Below are positions 39,860 to 52,340 of a stretch of DNA of 64,000 nucleotides, in pieces. The DNA is from Dicyema japonicum (taxonomy: Eukaryota > Animalia > Dicyemida). The stretch's first letter is position 1. The number at the start of each line of letters is the position of its first letter. The notes under the pieces were generated by a model. That model did no database searches. It was given only the letters and a program-made list of their open reading frames with translations, and had not been told where the DNA came from. The DNA is taken from positions 47,949 through 111,948 of the forward strand of contig RDEW01000060.1 of NCBI GenBank assembly GCA_011109175.1, given 5' to 3'. A program made the translations under genes and the position numbers.

Positions 39860-40724
39860 TTGCTGTAAAATTTTTTGACTCAATAATTGACTTTGTTAAT
39901 TGCGGAGATATTTCTTTCTGTAATGTGAATTAGCTTATTTTGCTTCACATCAGATCCTCAGATTGAATCATGTGAAGTAAATTTTTAATGATTGACCAGT
40001 GAGATTTGTGGCAACGTTTAACTACGTGATTGAATATTTCCCTTTTGCTTTCAGGTAACGAGTTTTTGCTTGACCTACATAGATGAGGCCATACTGGAAC
40101 GAGTCAGGATCTCAGGATTACTAAGTTTGATTTACCCAAAGACTCACATAAGAGTTGTAGAGTTGTATGAGGTTAAATTCTCCCAGATAACGTCTTATGG
40201 ATCAGTGTTTAATTGTCGGCTCCCCCATGATAGTAATTAGTAATGTTTATTAAAAGACATTTTACGTTGGTGGAGATTTGCCAGATGCTCTATATTTGAG
40301 ATTATTTTATTGTGAGCATGTCTGATGTGTCCTCTTTTACAGATACTCAAATTAATACGTTTCTTCCATATCAATGTTCTCTCTGTTCAATGCAATATTC
40401 ATGCAAAAGACGATTGCAATTGCTATTTCGTTTAATGAAGTTTTGTATTCTTTTATCATAGTTTTGTTTTTTATTCAACATATGTTCCTTATGATTGAGG
40501 ATGCTTCCATTGCGCGTGCTCTAATGAACGAGATAGAATAATGGCTAAAAATCAACACCAGATTGCACACAGGGACTCAATTCGATAGTTGAATTTTAAA
40601 TAAAACAAAAAGATAAATAGTTCTCTATTTTATTTTTTAACAGGTTACATCAAAAAATTGGATGATAGATTATTTAATTATTTAAATAATTACAAGAATA
40701 AATAATTCATAATTTAAAAAAATC

Positions 40725-41985
40725 AAAGTGAAGATAAAAGTGAAGAATCCTGCCTCCTTTTCATAACCTAGGGCATATCCATGTTAATTCGAAAGTACGT
40801 AGGTTGCGATTAGACTGCAGTAGTAACCGTGATTGAGGAGAATATGATTGTGCAAAAATAAAAAACCAGTCTGGGATGACAGCTAGTAAAACTCGAATTG
40901 TTGATAAACTGTTTGCGTATATGAAAATGGGAATGAAAGCAATCCTCTGTATTGCAGGAATAAATGCTAATATATGAGGGAATGAGAGACATAACAAAGG
41001 TTGAAATATTGAAGATAACGAATGAGCATATAGTAAGGTGTATTCGGGTTTTGTGAAGCAAAAGTCTTCATAACTATACGGAAAAAGTGACAACTTAAAC
41101 AAGTATGAGGAAAATATTGTGGGATAACTCTATTGTTATATTAAATACCATTTATAAGAAATAATCAGTCTCTTGAGATCTTCGATGACTTTTACTTTTA
41201 ATGAAATTTTAACCTCATCAGAGAATTTAGTATTTGGGTAGAAAGGCTAAATTACTTGATGACCACCACATACTTTATATTTTTACACACAGTCCCAGGA
41301 GACCTAATAGGCCAGCGACTGAATATTATATGGCAGCCAGTCTCCACGTGCCAATTAACTATTTATTAATAATTAAAACTCACTATCTCAACAGAAAAAA
41401 CAAAGTGGGTTTTACTCGACATAAATTCCACCAATAAAGTACTTTTAACTACCATTCCTGTAAGCAATGAAGGGAAGTGGTTATCTTTCCCCTGAAATGC
41501 TTCAGCCAGGGAGAGAGATACTTCCATCATCCAGAAGCCACTAAAATACTTTTATGTACCGTAGACTTCCATAGCAGACATCATTAAGTAGTAAAGATAA
41601 ATTAACTGTATTTTCCTTAAAATATGGCAAAATAAAAACTACATTTAGTGGTATTAGTATTCAAAGATGGTTAATATGACAAATCCAATGAATAAGGCAA
41701 TTACAGTCACGGAGATATGATGTAGTTCTGTACCCCTGTTTTAGATTAATCTGATACTTTTTGGAACGAAGAAAAAACTGCCGACAGCTATAACGAACAT
41801 CATAACTTTGGAGATGATCAGAATGTAATTAAAGAATGAACTTCGCATTTAGAGTTAGTGTCTGAGTTGAGTATGTATTCAATATAGTACTAATAATGTA
41901 ATATTTGTAATACCTCTGAGGCTATGTTGATGGAGATGTTCCACAGTAAGAAATTTCCAAGAACTATAAAAAGATTCCTCCACTT
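40725..41985 (-). pseudogene. Equilibrative nucleoside transporter (SLC29/ENT) homolog, micro-introns, frameshifted
   Basis: LFIVLGNFLLWNISINIASE|YY (TM1 LPWN-like), RIAFIPIFIYAN, PDWFFIF, NHGYYCSL, EKEAGFF in ENT order but in different frames. Confidence 0.65.
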
Positions 41986-42019
41986 TCTTTGTTGACAATT
42001 TCCATGAACCACTTCTTAT

Positions 42020-42225
42020 CTATTATTATTATTATAAGCACTTATCGCAATGTCAAAGGACTTGACAAAGCATGTGCAACACGAGTTAGAAAATCACTGA
42101 TTAGTTTCATCCACTTCCTCCTATTCAAAGCCCCGGTGCGCAACCAATCAAGATCCTCTCCTCTTCCAAGATGCCGTCCTATTTCTAGAGTTCCTCGTCG
42201 AGAACGATTGCCAGTGTCATCTTAT
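42020..42225 (-). mobile_element. Short RTE-like 3' end with (TAA)n tail
   Basis: Near copy of 50750-50950. Confidence 0.8.
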
Positions 42226-42309
42226 CTACTTAAGTTAAATTAAATTATATTTTTAAATGTTTTTTATTTAATTAAATAATTTTTAATAATTTATGAACAT
42301 TTCAAAAAT

Positions 42310-42645
42310 TATCAACTTACTTATATTTCCACGGTATACTGCAATAAGGTTAATTGGACCAGATCACAACATCCAACCTATTGAAAATTTTTTAATTGAA
42401 ATACAACGAAAACTATTAGAGGAGGCTGTTCTACCGAGCTGCTCTCTATTCCAAATATTATCGAATTATCTACAATCATACAGAAATTGTGAGCCGATGG
42501 CATGTCCTATGAGAAGAGTTGTTTAGGATTCTCGACCCCGCCGGAATCGTACTCACCTTTGTCTGTCTGGGATCACTTAGTTAGATGAGAACTTTTATTT
42601 CTTTCTCTTTGACCCAGTGATCCTGGGCGTAATAATAATAATAAT
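42310..42645 (+). mobile_element. LINE 3' end with (TAA)n tail
   Basis: PRYT...NIQPIENFL coding remnant, 3' UTR shared with 19200-19295, taataataataataat tail. Confidence 0.6.
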
Positions 42646-43340
42646 AGACAAATAGGATTAAAATTATCCTAAAATGTGATATAATTATATTAATTATTTT
42701 TTTTAATTTTGTTAGTATTTTTTATTTTTTTAAATTACATGTTATAAATTGTTTTTGTTTACTAGCAGGTTTCACATAAAAGCAGGTTTTTACTTGCTCA
42801 ATTATTAAAACTATTAGAACTCGGAGGCAAAATAAGGAATAAATTTAAAAGCAATTTCCAAAAACTCATACATAGTTACAAGAACACCTAAAGGAGATTT
42901 ATTCCGCCAAGTGTTCTAAGATAGTAAAATCATCTACCAATACTACACCGATCTACATTTTAATGGAAAAGAAATCAGACTGAATGCTACAAGTATAGAA
43001 ACCACTCAACTTTTTCTTACTTAAGATAACGAAGAAAACTTGATATTTTTTTGATTTTATCATTTTTAAATGCAATATTTCACTTCATAAATTAGAGAAT
43101 TTTTAAATTACCATGTCCCTTTAATTTATATTATTGAACTATAAAAAAAATTTATTTAATTATAGATGAATGTAACATTAACGGGATAGTAATTTTAAAT
43201 ATAATTGTCGGGACAATTTGAATGCTGAAAAGTTTCAATGAAAACAATATTGAAAAAATATTTCATGCTAAATTTTAATTTTCTAACAATGGATAGTTTT
43301 GTTAATTTCCATGTTAATTGTCGTAAAATGTTAAATTTCA

Positions 43341-44146
43341 TTACAAAAATCCCAATAACAAGTCCGTCGAAGTGAAGATAAAAGTCAAGAATCCTGCCTC
43401 CTTTTCATAACCTGGGCATATCCATGTTAATTCGAAAGTACGTAGGTTGCGAGTAGACTGCAGTAGTAACCGTGATTGAGGAGAATATGATTGTGCAAAA
43501 ATAAAAAACCAGTCTGGGATGACAGCTGATAAAACACGAATTGTTGATAAACTGTTTGCGTATATGAAAATGGGAATGAAAGCAATCCTCAGTACTGCAG
43601 GAATAAATGCTAATATATGAGGGAATGAGAGACATAACAAAGGTTGAAATATTGATGATAACGAATGAGCATATAGTAAGGTGTATTCGGGATTTTGTGA
43701 AGCAAAAGTCCTCATAACTATACGGAAAAAGTGACAACCTAAACAAGTATGTGGAAAATATTGTGGGATGACACTATTGTTATATTAAATACCATTTATA
43801 AGAAATGATCAGTCTCTTGAGATCTTCGATGACTTTTACTTTTAATGAAATTTTAACCTCATCAGAGAATTTAGTATTTGGGTAGAAAGGCTAAATTACT
43901 TGATGACCACCACAGACTTTATCTTTTTACACACAGTCCCAGGAGACCTAATAGGCCAGCGACTGAATAGTATATAGCAGCCAGTCTCCACGTGCCAATT
44001 AACTATTTATTAATAATTAAAACTCACTATCTCAACAGAAAAAACAAAGTGGGTTTTACTCGACATAAATTCCACCAATAAAGTACTTGTAACTATCATT
44101 CCTATAAGAAATAAAGGGAAGAGTCTATCTTTTCCCTGAAATGCTT
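43341..44146 (-). pseudogene. Partial duplicate of ENT-like gene
   Basis: Near-identical to 40730-41500; fused at ~44146 to RTE sequence. Confidence 0.65.
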
Positions 44147-46450
44147 GAAGAATAACCCTGATCATGCTTTTTCTGGGAGAAGATGGACGTGGAATAAGAA
44201 ACCTATCCGCGACAATATTTGGTCACTTTTGTAGCCAAACAACCTTTTCTTATGCAATACTGAATTTACGCATCCATCCACAAAACTACGTGGATGAGGA
44301 AGAGAAGGAACTCAGAGGCAACGCTGGTCCCAATACACATCCAAATAGATTATGTCATTTGCCGGGCTAAAGACAAACACTTTCTAGTATACGCTCATTC
44401 ATATGAAAGCTCGACGACTGTCTGCGACCACAAGATGGTTATTGCAACCTTTACCCTGAATAAACATGCCATCAAATACATGAATTTCAAAAATCACGAA
44501 TTTGAGAAAATCAGAGGCGACTACGCGACTGAAAGGCAGATTTCCCAACCGGAGAATACTGAGAGATATCAACAATACATTCAGACTCATTTGCAGGACA
44601 TATAGGTGATACCACGTTATAAGACGCCTGGAAACGCACAAAGGACACCATCAACGAAACTGCTGAAGCTTGTCTGGCATATGAGAAAATAGTAAAATGC
44701 ACCTGAAGGATATTCATCCAGGTATTCCTGAGCTTACGAAAAGTCTAAAAGAAATAAATATGAAAAAATCAAATGCCACTGACACTAATAAGATAAAAGC
44801 CCTTCAAGGCGAATGCAACGTGCCAGAAGAAAAATAAAGGGTCTGAACAAGAAGCTTTCTTAGAAGAAATAGCTTACTGTATAGAAGTGAACAAAGTGAA
44901 AGACAACGCACAGGTGAACGTCGCTGCCCGTTTGCTGCGGCGAACAAACCGAAGTAGACTACCCATAAAAGACGAGAACGGAAGCTGATACTGAACACCA
45001 AAGAACAAACTGAAGCCATAGAAATCCACTCATTTGATGGAAGACCAAGACCTCTGGAAATACCTATCACGGCCGAGGAAATTAGAACGGCATCCGAAAA
45101 CTCAAGAATAACATAACCCCCGGATCAGATGCAATAAACCCAGAATTACTGAAATACGGCCGTGACCTCCTTTTTAAAAAATTGCTACACTACAAAATGA
45201 AATGTTTTCAACTAACTTAACTCCACCTCAGGGTAAGGGACAACTAATCCCAATACAAAATACCAACAAAAACAGAGGACAGCTCGAAAATTTGCGACCC
45301 ATCATACTACTAAATTCATCACGCAAAGTCTTGGCAAACATTGTGCCTTAACGAATAAAAGGATCTGCTTACAAATACCTACCAGATAGTCAAATTGGTT
45401 TTCGAGAAGGGAGATCTACAGCTGATGCGGTCTGGAGTCACAGATGTAGGTGTGCAACATATCAAAGATTCCGTAACGCCACCAATATCTTGGGAATTGA
45501 CCGATCAACTGCTTTTGATTCGGTTAACAGGAACAAATTAATGGGGGTACTAAGCGGATTTCTTGATGAGTCGAGTATAAGGATGACTCGAATTCTACTT
45601 TTTAACACTGAACTTTTCGTGAGAGTCGGAAAGACCTATTGAAGAAAAAAAGAAACAAACACGGCGCACTTTACAAGAAGACTCTTTTTTCCTCTACTAT
45701 TCACAATTTATTTGGAAGCCGCTATGAGGAAACTTAGAACGCTATACAAAGGAAAGACGGAAGAAATAATCTACGCAGACGATGTAGACCTAATTTCTAA
45801 AGACAGATGAACTGGATAACCTATTAGAAAAAGCACTAGATGTACTAGGGAAATGGTTTTTGTGAACAGAGAGAAAACAGAAATCACAGAGATAAGAAAG
45901 ATGAACAACGTCCTAGAAAAGAAGTGGCGACAAGTATAGAAACTCGGTTCACTTTTGAGAGAAAGCGGAAATATTTTACGTAGGAAAACTCTAGCCAATG
46001 ATATGTTATATAAACTGAAGAATCTATGGCTCAATCAAAAAAGCATTGACACGAAAATGAGAATCCTATTATACGACTCATTCATAAAACCCGTACTTTC
46101 ATATAAAGCTGGAACTTTGCGACCTCATCAGCGGATATGTAAAAACTCGACTCGTTCCACGAGGTCAGCTGAGAAAAATAACAGTATATAAGAGATGCAC
46201 CACTAGACCTATCAGCTTAGAAGTACTGGAATCCCGATGAAGCTCTTCGGACACGTGCTGAGGATTGAATTAACATCCCCACCTAACATATCGTTGGAAA
46301 CATACCATGTTAGTCAACAAGGCCGCTATCGTGGAAGACCAATAACAATACTGCAAATAGTCTTACAAAAAGACATGGTTAATATCAAAAAATGTAATAA
46401 ATGCCGACGATCTGGACATCATGCGAGCCTTGGCTAGGAACAGGTGAGCA
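44147..46450 (+). mobile_element. RTE-like LINE, 5'-truncated paralog of 21870-24400
   Basis: Colinear; IYADDVD at ~45769-45789; RGRP motif in ORF 46237. Confidence 0.9.
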
Positions 46451-46850
46451 TGGAGAAGGATGACATATAACCTTGTTTCTTTTGTGAACATGCGGGGCTA
46501 TAATTAGTATGGCTCTCGTGAAGTGCTTAAATACATAATAAGTGTGTCGTATAGTTTGACAAGAAAGTTTCAGTGATAAATTACTTTTTCTTATCCAGAT
46601 ATTGTACATTTTTGAAGTATATAGTGGCCAAGATTTTCCTTGGACTATTATCCTCTGCGTCATCTACTGAGCCGAGTTTTTTGGTATGTCTACAGAGTTC
46701 GTCAATCTTGATTTGGGTCGTTCAAATCGTGTGTAGTCAGTTTTTGTAAAGTTTGACTATATATTATTATAAATATTAAATAAAAATAATAAAAAAATCA
46801 TGTTAAAAATTTAAATAAAATAAAAATTGACCTAATAAAATTTAGATTAC

Positions 46851-48144
46851 ATGAACAGAACTATTAATTTTATCATATTTATTCTGTTAAGCAAAATCGT
46901 CAAAATAAAATGCAATCGGAATTATTTTTTAATTGATACATATGTAATATATAAGAATCCTTCTAAAGTATATATTTCATTAACTTAAGGAATATCCGTT
47001 ATTTTGGTTAAATTGGAATATACATGTAGATAACTGGGAAACTTATAGAACGTATTTTTTTCAATATAATATAAATTTTGCAGTTATTCCACACTTCAAC
47101 AGTGAGTTTTATACTATTGACATTATAACAGAAATTGATTATGGTACGCTTTTTGTTATACTAAGGTGGTAAACGTTATACAAATATTACAAAGATTCCT
47201 AAAACTAGATTTGGAGACTACTATCGATGTGGTTATACTCATCTTAGTTTTTCGGATAATATATCTGTTACATTTTATTCAATCAAGTTGCAATATAACG
47301 ACAAAGGTATTTTGTATTATTTTAATGGAAAAGGTTTTTATTTAAATTTATTTAGCTAACGACTGTAACCCAAATAATGACCCAAATACGCCTATTTGGT
47401 TTATATTTAACAAAAATAGAATCGGAGGAGTAATAAGTGGAATTATCAAAATATCATATATTGACAATAACATAACTGTACACGTTTTCATTGATTCTTA
47501 GATAACAGATGAGCATTTCAGTTATCATCACGGTCGTAGTTTAACAAGTATTGTTAATGGAATCTATAAATATCTTTTGATTGGTGCAAATACTAAAATA
47601 TTTATTACGGTGGAAAAACTAGATAAAAAATATATTATTTATAACTTTTATGTTTGTGTTGGGCATAAAAAATCTAAATGCGTTTTACTTAAAAAGCAAT
47701 TTAAACAAATTAAAATGGGAGGATATTATCAATGTGGACTCATCTCACAAAACTATAAAAATGTGTCTATCGAAATTTCATCTCTTAAATTACAATTCTT
47801 CCGCAATGATCTGAGTTTTGAATTTATTGGAAATGGTAAATAAATTCAGCTGAATTTTAGATGAAGGATGCTTTGAAGAACAAATATCGAATGAAATTAA
47901 AGACAAAAAAAACATTTTTAAACATCGTAATAAAACCGACTAAATTTTAGATAAAATAAGTTTTGAAAATCTAATATCGTCTGAAAGTAAACCCGTAAAA
48001 AAATTGACGAAACATCAAATAATTGGAATCGTGTGTGGAGTTGTTGCAATAATATTTTCGTGTGTCATTGTCCATATTTATTTCAAACCGAAATCACATG
48101 TTGATATACAGGAAAGCATTCCATTAAACTTTGTAACTAACTGA
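46851..48144 (+). CDS. Intact 384-aa type I membrane glycoprotein with two LAMP-like domains
   Basis: Removing GT-AG introns 46968-46989, 47144-47165, 47334-47355, 47478-47501, 47836-47860, 47927-47950 gives 1155 nt open from ATG to TGA; signal-like N-terminus; repeats FGDYYRC...IKLQY...NDC and MGGYYQC...LKLQFF...EGC; C-terminal TM. Gene model strong; LAMP label by motif only. Confidence 0.8.
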
Positions 48145-49759
48145 TATTAATTTGTCAAACGGTCTTCAATTTATTTAAATTTATATAATTATTAATTATT
48201 TGAATTACAGTCAATATTCTATAATCTAACAAAATTTTTAAGTTTGTCAATTTTAACGAAAGTATACTAAAAATCCCTGATGTTTTCGAAATTATCACTA
48301 AGATGCTCCTAAAAAGCCCCCCTCAAGTGGATACGGACTAGCCTTGGATACTATGCCGCTGTTCATTAAATTAGAATATTCCAAAACAGAAATCAACAAA
48401 TGTAAACTTAAAAGAAAGTATTCACAAGTTGTGTCATCGATCGGGAATTCACTGCCAGGACATCATGTGCTTTTATAAGAGAACAACAATCAAAGACAAC
48501 GTTCAAATGACAGAAAATGTTGGACTTACGAACGTCCTCCTTTTTCTGAAGAGTGTACTGAATCTAAATTGAACTACCATTTTCCTGAGAATACTAAAGT
48601 TCTAGTAAATAAATTCACTTTTCCGTTATCGTACCAAACATCTTGTCAACGTCAAGTTTGACGATCAAGAATAGATCCAGGTCATCCTAACTGTCCCTTC
48701 AGACGATTTGGAATTCATTCCTCGAAGATATAGCCTCGTAAGGCATCTCTTTGTCCAGTTTAAACGTTTCTTGAAGTGGCCGAATGTTGGCAGTTAAAGC
48801 ATTTCCCTAGTAGCTTTCTGGCTCATTCTCATATAATTTCAGAGTGAAAATTAAGAACCCTAAACTTATCACTGATAAGTGGGCCCCAACGCTCCTCTTT
48901 CAGCAGAATTTGAAGAGTCGTGGGGTTTATCTCTATTGAACTATGTCTTATTCGTATTTTTTGGGAACACTCAATTGCAGAGGACTTTAACAACCTCACA
49001 AGAATCACCAACTGATATGCGACCTAGCCACAAGAAAAGGATAGAACCTGGCCTATGAAGATCTCTGATGTAAACCTTCATAATAACTAAAAATCGACGT
49101 GAGGTCAGATGATATTTTTAATTAAGACGTCCCAATGACCAGGTCCTTTAAATTTCGTAATGGTCAACTTCTTTGCACACAAAGGAGACGGATTTCCAGG
49201 AAGACCAAGAACTACACTTCCGACTATCTTGAACAAGACCTATCGACGGTTGGGATGAGACTAATTTCGGCGACGATATGGACTACCGTAGAGAACTAAT
49301 TTTGATTTTAATAAGGATGAATTTTTGAATCTTTTTACATTAATCTTTTGTCAAATCACTACGACAATATCCACCCCCAAAATCCTAAAATCACTCTTGT
49401 ATCGTTGACACAAGGCACATATCCACCAGTGGGACCAAACAGCATCTGCAATCGAGCTTCCCTTTCTGAACCCACTCTGTCCAGGCGACTAAAATTCATA
49501 AACATAAAAAGATATCAGACTAAGAAATATCAAAAATTGTATCTTCTTCAATATTCCCATAATGTCACAGGTTTTAGATTTTTTATCGCTCCCTTGTTTT
49601 TTCTGGTTTATGTCGAAGAATCAAAATTCCATCAGCAAGTTTCAAGGGAGAACGTGTCTCAAATACTTTATTGAAAATCTCTGTAATGAGAATCGTCGCC
49701 TGGTGCATACTTGATGATTGTCTGGTCCTGCTGCCCTGTTGTCGATTAATAAAATGATT

Positions 49760-50290
49760 GCCAGATTAGTTTCCTCTGTTATCAGGATAAATGTAATTAA
49801 AATTCTCAGTTCTTTCTTTATTATTCAATACATAATAAAGTATTGATATTAGGTCTATTATTATTAAGACCGGATACACTGAGAAAAATGTGATTATTAA
49901 TACTCCACAGGATCACAAAATTAAGATCTAATAATGTGTATCAAATATTCTATAGGCTGATGATCGAAGTAGGTCAAGAGTATTGTAATTCTCTCCGAAA
50001 AAAACAGGTTTTGATCAACTAGTGCTGTCTGTGTCTCATGGAAACTTACTTTTGTGAGTCGATGTTAATAGGTTTATGATTTAATTGATCATTCTTTCTT
50101 TGTTGTGTGACTATACAAGCTGTGTATGCCTGTGTAGTTGATCAGCTTTGTGTTAGATGTAATAAAACGAAGATCATTCCTTGGTTCTACGATTAGTTAA
50201 AATTAACTGTTCTTTACTTAAATAAAGTGTGTGTCCTGCCAATGCGGAGCTATAAATATGCTGGCTCTCATGAAAAAGCTGTTATTATTA
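49760..50290 (+). mobile_element. CR1/L2-like LINE 3' end, putative SINE partner
   Basis: DLIMC-like coding remnant at ~49926; last 122 nt (50169-50290) match SINE 11129-11250; (TTA)n tail. Confidence 0.6.
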
Positions 50291-50294
50291 TTTT

Positions 50295-50700
50295 ATTAAC
50301 AACAAAATTACGAGAAAAATGATAAAGTTATCGTTGAATTAAGTGATCCCGGTGACCATACCAGTCCTTTTCCTGCGGTTAGTTTTGAATTCTTGGATTT
50401 ATCTGATCGGGTTTATTCTAATATCTCGAGCAAGGTTTTATATATAGTTTGATGTCGCAATTGTCGCAATTGTCGGGTGACTTTCCCATTTTGAGAAAGT
50501 CCAGGTGACGGTATACCTTGATTGAATGACGTTCAGTGTACTCCGTAGAAACTAAGTGGACGTCTTTTTAGACGATCTCAGTAGTAATCTGAGAAATCGA
50601 TTTTGTAAAACCGCCAGCGTGCTCTGTCCGATATTGACAAGGTGGCACTCCATGCAGTACTGGCAGACTCGATACTAGGTACAACAAATTGTTTGCATAA
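50295..50700 (-). mobile_element. Jockey-like LINE 3' end
   Basis: Reverse-complement homolog of 15150-15570. Confidence 0.65.
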
Positions 50701-50746
50701 AAGCTCTAAAGATAGGTGGGAAGATTTGAGAGTGAGTAAATGCCTT

Positions 50747-51267
50747 ATTATTTATTATTATTATAAGCACTTATCGCTGTGTCATAGGACTTGACAAAGC
50801 ATGTGCAACACGAGTTTGCAAATCACTGATTAGTTTCATCCACTTCCTCCTATTCAAAGCCGCAGTGCGTAACCAGTCCAGATCCTCTCCACTTGCAAGT
50901 TGCCGTCCCATTTCTTTGAGTTCCTCGTCGTGAACGACTGCCAGTGTCATCCTTGGGCGACGACGGAAACGGGGGGCCTCCAACATGAAGTAATCCTCCA
51001 TGGCTACGTTCGCGGAGGCATCTAGGTCCAGTCGCAGAATATGGCCGAAAAGCCTCCATCGTGTATCCAGAATCTCATTAGAAATTTCTAAGTTCTTCGT
51101 CCTCTTATAGAGAAGATTAGATGACATCCTCGTATCAGTTCTTTCAAACATCAAATGCCGTAGTTAGTCTCTATGAAATGCATTAAGCCTCTTCAGTTCT
51201 TTTCTTGAGCAGGCCCAGGTACCAGCGTTATATAGTAGTATGGGTTCCACTAGCGAGCTGTATAATC
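50747..51267 (-). mobile_element. 5'-truncated RTE-like LINE with TSD
   Basis: ORF 50771-51154 (RWRLFGHILR, RRRPRMTL); (TAA)n tail; 13-bp TSD GAGTAAATGCCTT at 50734-50746 and 51268-51280. Confidence 0.92.
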
Positions 51268-51289
51268 GAGTAAATGCCTTGAGAATTCC

Positions 51290-52340
51290 AATTTTGTTTG
51301 GATCCTTGGGCTTACTAGGTACACCTAATGAGTGATTTATATATTAATCAGAATAATTCAAAAATATAATTATTTATTAATTTTTGTATTCAATTGTGTT
51401 CCAATGGTGCTGTATATGTCTGTTTTTACCAGTTTGCTAACAAATCCTGAGGGCCGTCCTACAGAGAAAATAGAAGATAGAAAACAATTACAAGTGTGTC
51501 TTCAGGACTACAAGATGTCAATGGAACTAGCAAACGATCTCCTGTGGGAAATGCTACTGCACAACTCCTGTCTTTCATCATTAATCACTGAGATTCAATC
51601 TGATAATAAGATCAAGTAGATCTCAATGGTTGTCAATTCTGCGAAATGGAGATTCGTGAAAATGCATCGGTGTTGATGGATTATCATCGCCCAGCAATTC
51701 AATACTCGTTTCTTCACTCATAAATGTGTACTCTTCTTTAGAAAACGAGAATTTTAAGAAGTGAATCAGACAAATAAGCAACTAATATAATGCTTTTGAA
51801 AGATAACGCGGAGAAGAGAATTGCCAAATTTAAAAAAATTTCTGCATTCATGAATTTACTAAGAAGCAGTCAAAGAAAGAAAACGAGAATACTTTTTATG
51901 TTTTATGCTCGTTTGAATTCACGAAATCAAAGAAGGGTGAATTGAGAAGACTCTCTACCCTAATTGAATACAAAATCAAGATCATGGAGAAAAAAAGTTT
52001 TAGCCGGCTCAATAATACTGTGTTTATCTGCAGGATCCTCACTGCAAAAGCAATTTACCGTCGGAAAGCTTTCGAAGGATTGCACCTCTCACTCGCTAAG
52101 TGTCCGAGAGTGTCTGTGTCGGCTTCACATGGTTTTAGAAGTTGTAGGTGATCTCTTTGGAGTCTAGAATAAGTTCCGTTAGAAGAATGTGTGGACCTTC
52201 TCTCTACTAATGAAATAAGTGATTCTCTTCGTTCCACCTCCTACGGGGTATGTATAGCGTTAATGGGGGATAAAATAATCGTACCCATTTCTTAGAATCG
52301 TCCGAATCGAATGCCTTTTCAATGCACGAACATAGACTTA
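51290..52340. repeat. Diverged direct copy of ~1160-2620, including NR-like fragment and CRE remnant (51990-52340 -)
   Basis: Colinear similarity; ORF 51332 includes NPEGRPTEKIEDRKQLQVCLQDY...NDLLWEMLLH. Confidence 0.85.

Noticed and set aside
48540-48927. Possible CRE RT remnant on minus strand (IVKLDVDKMFGTI)
   Set aside because: One weak motif only.
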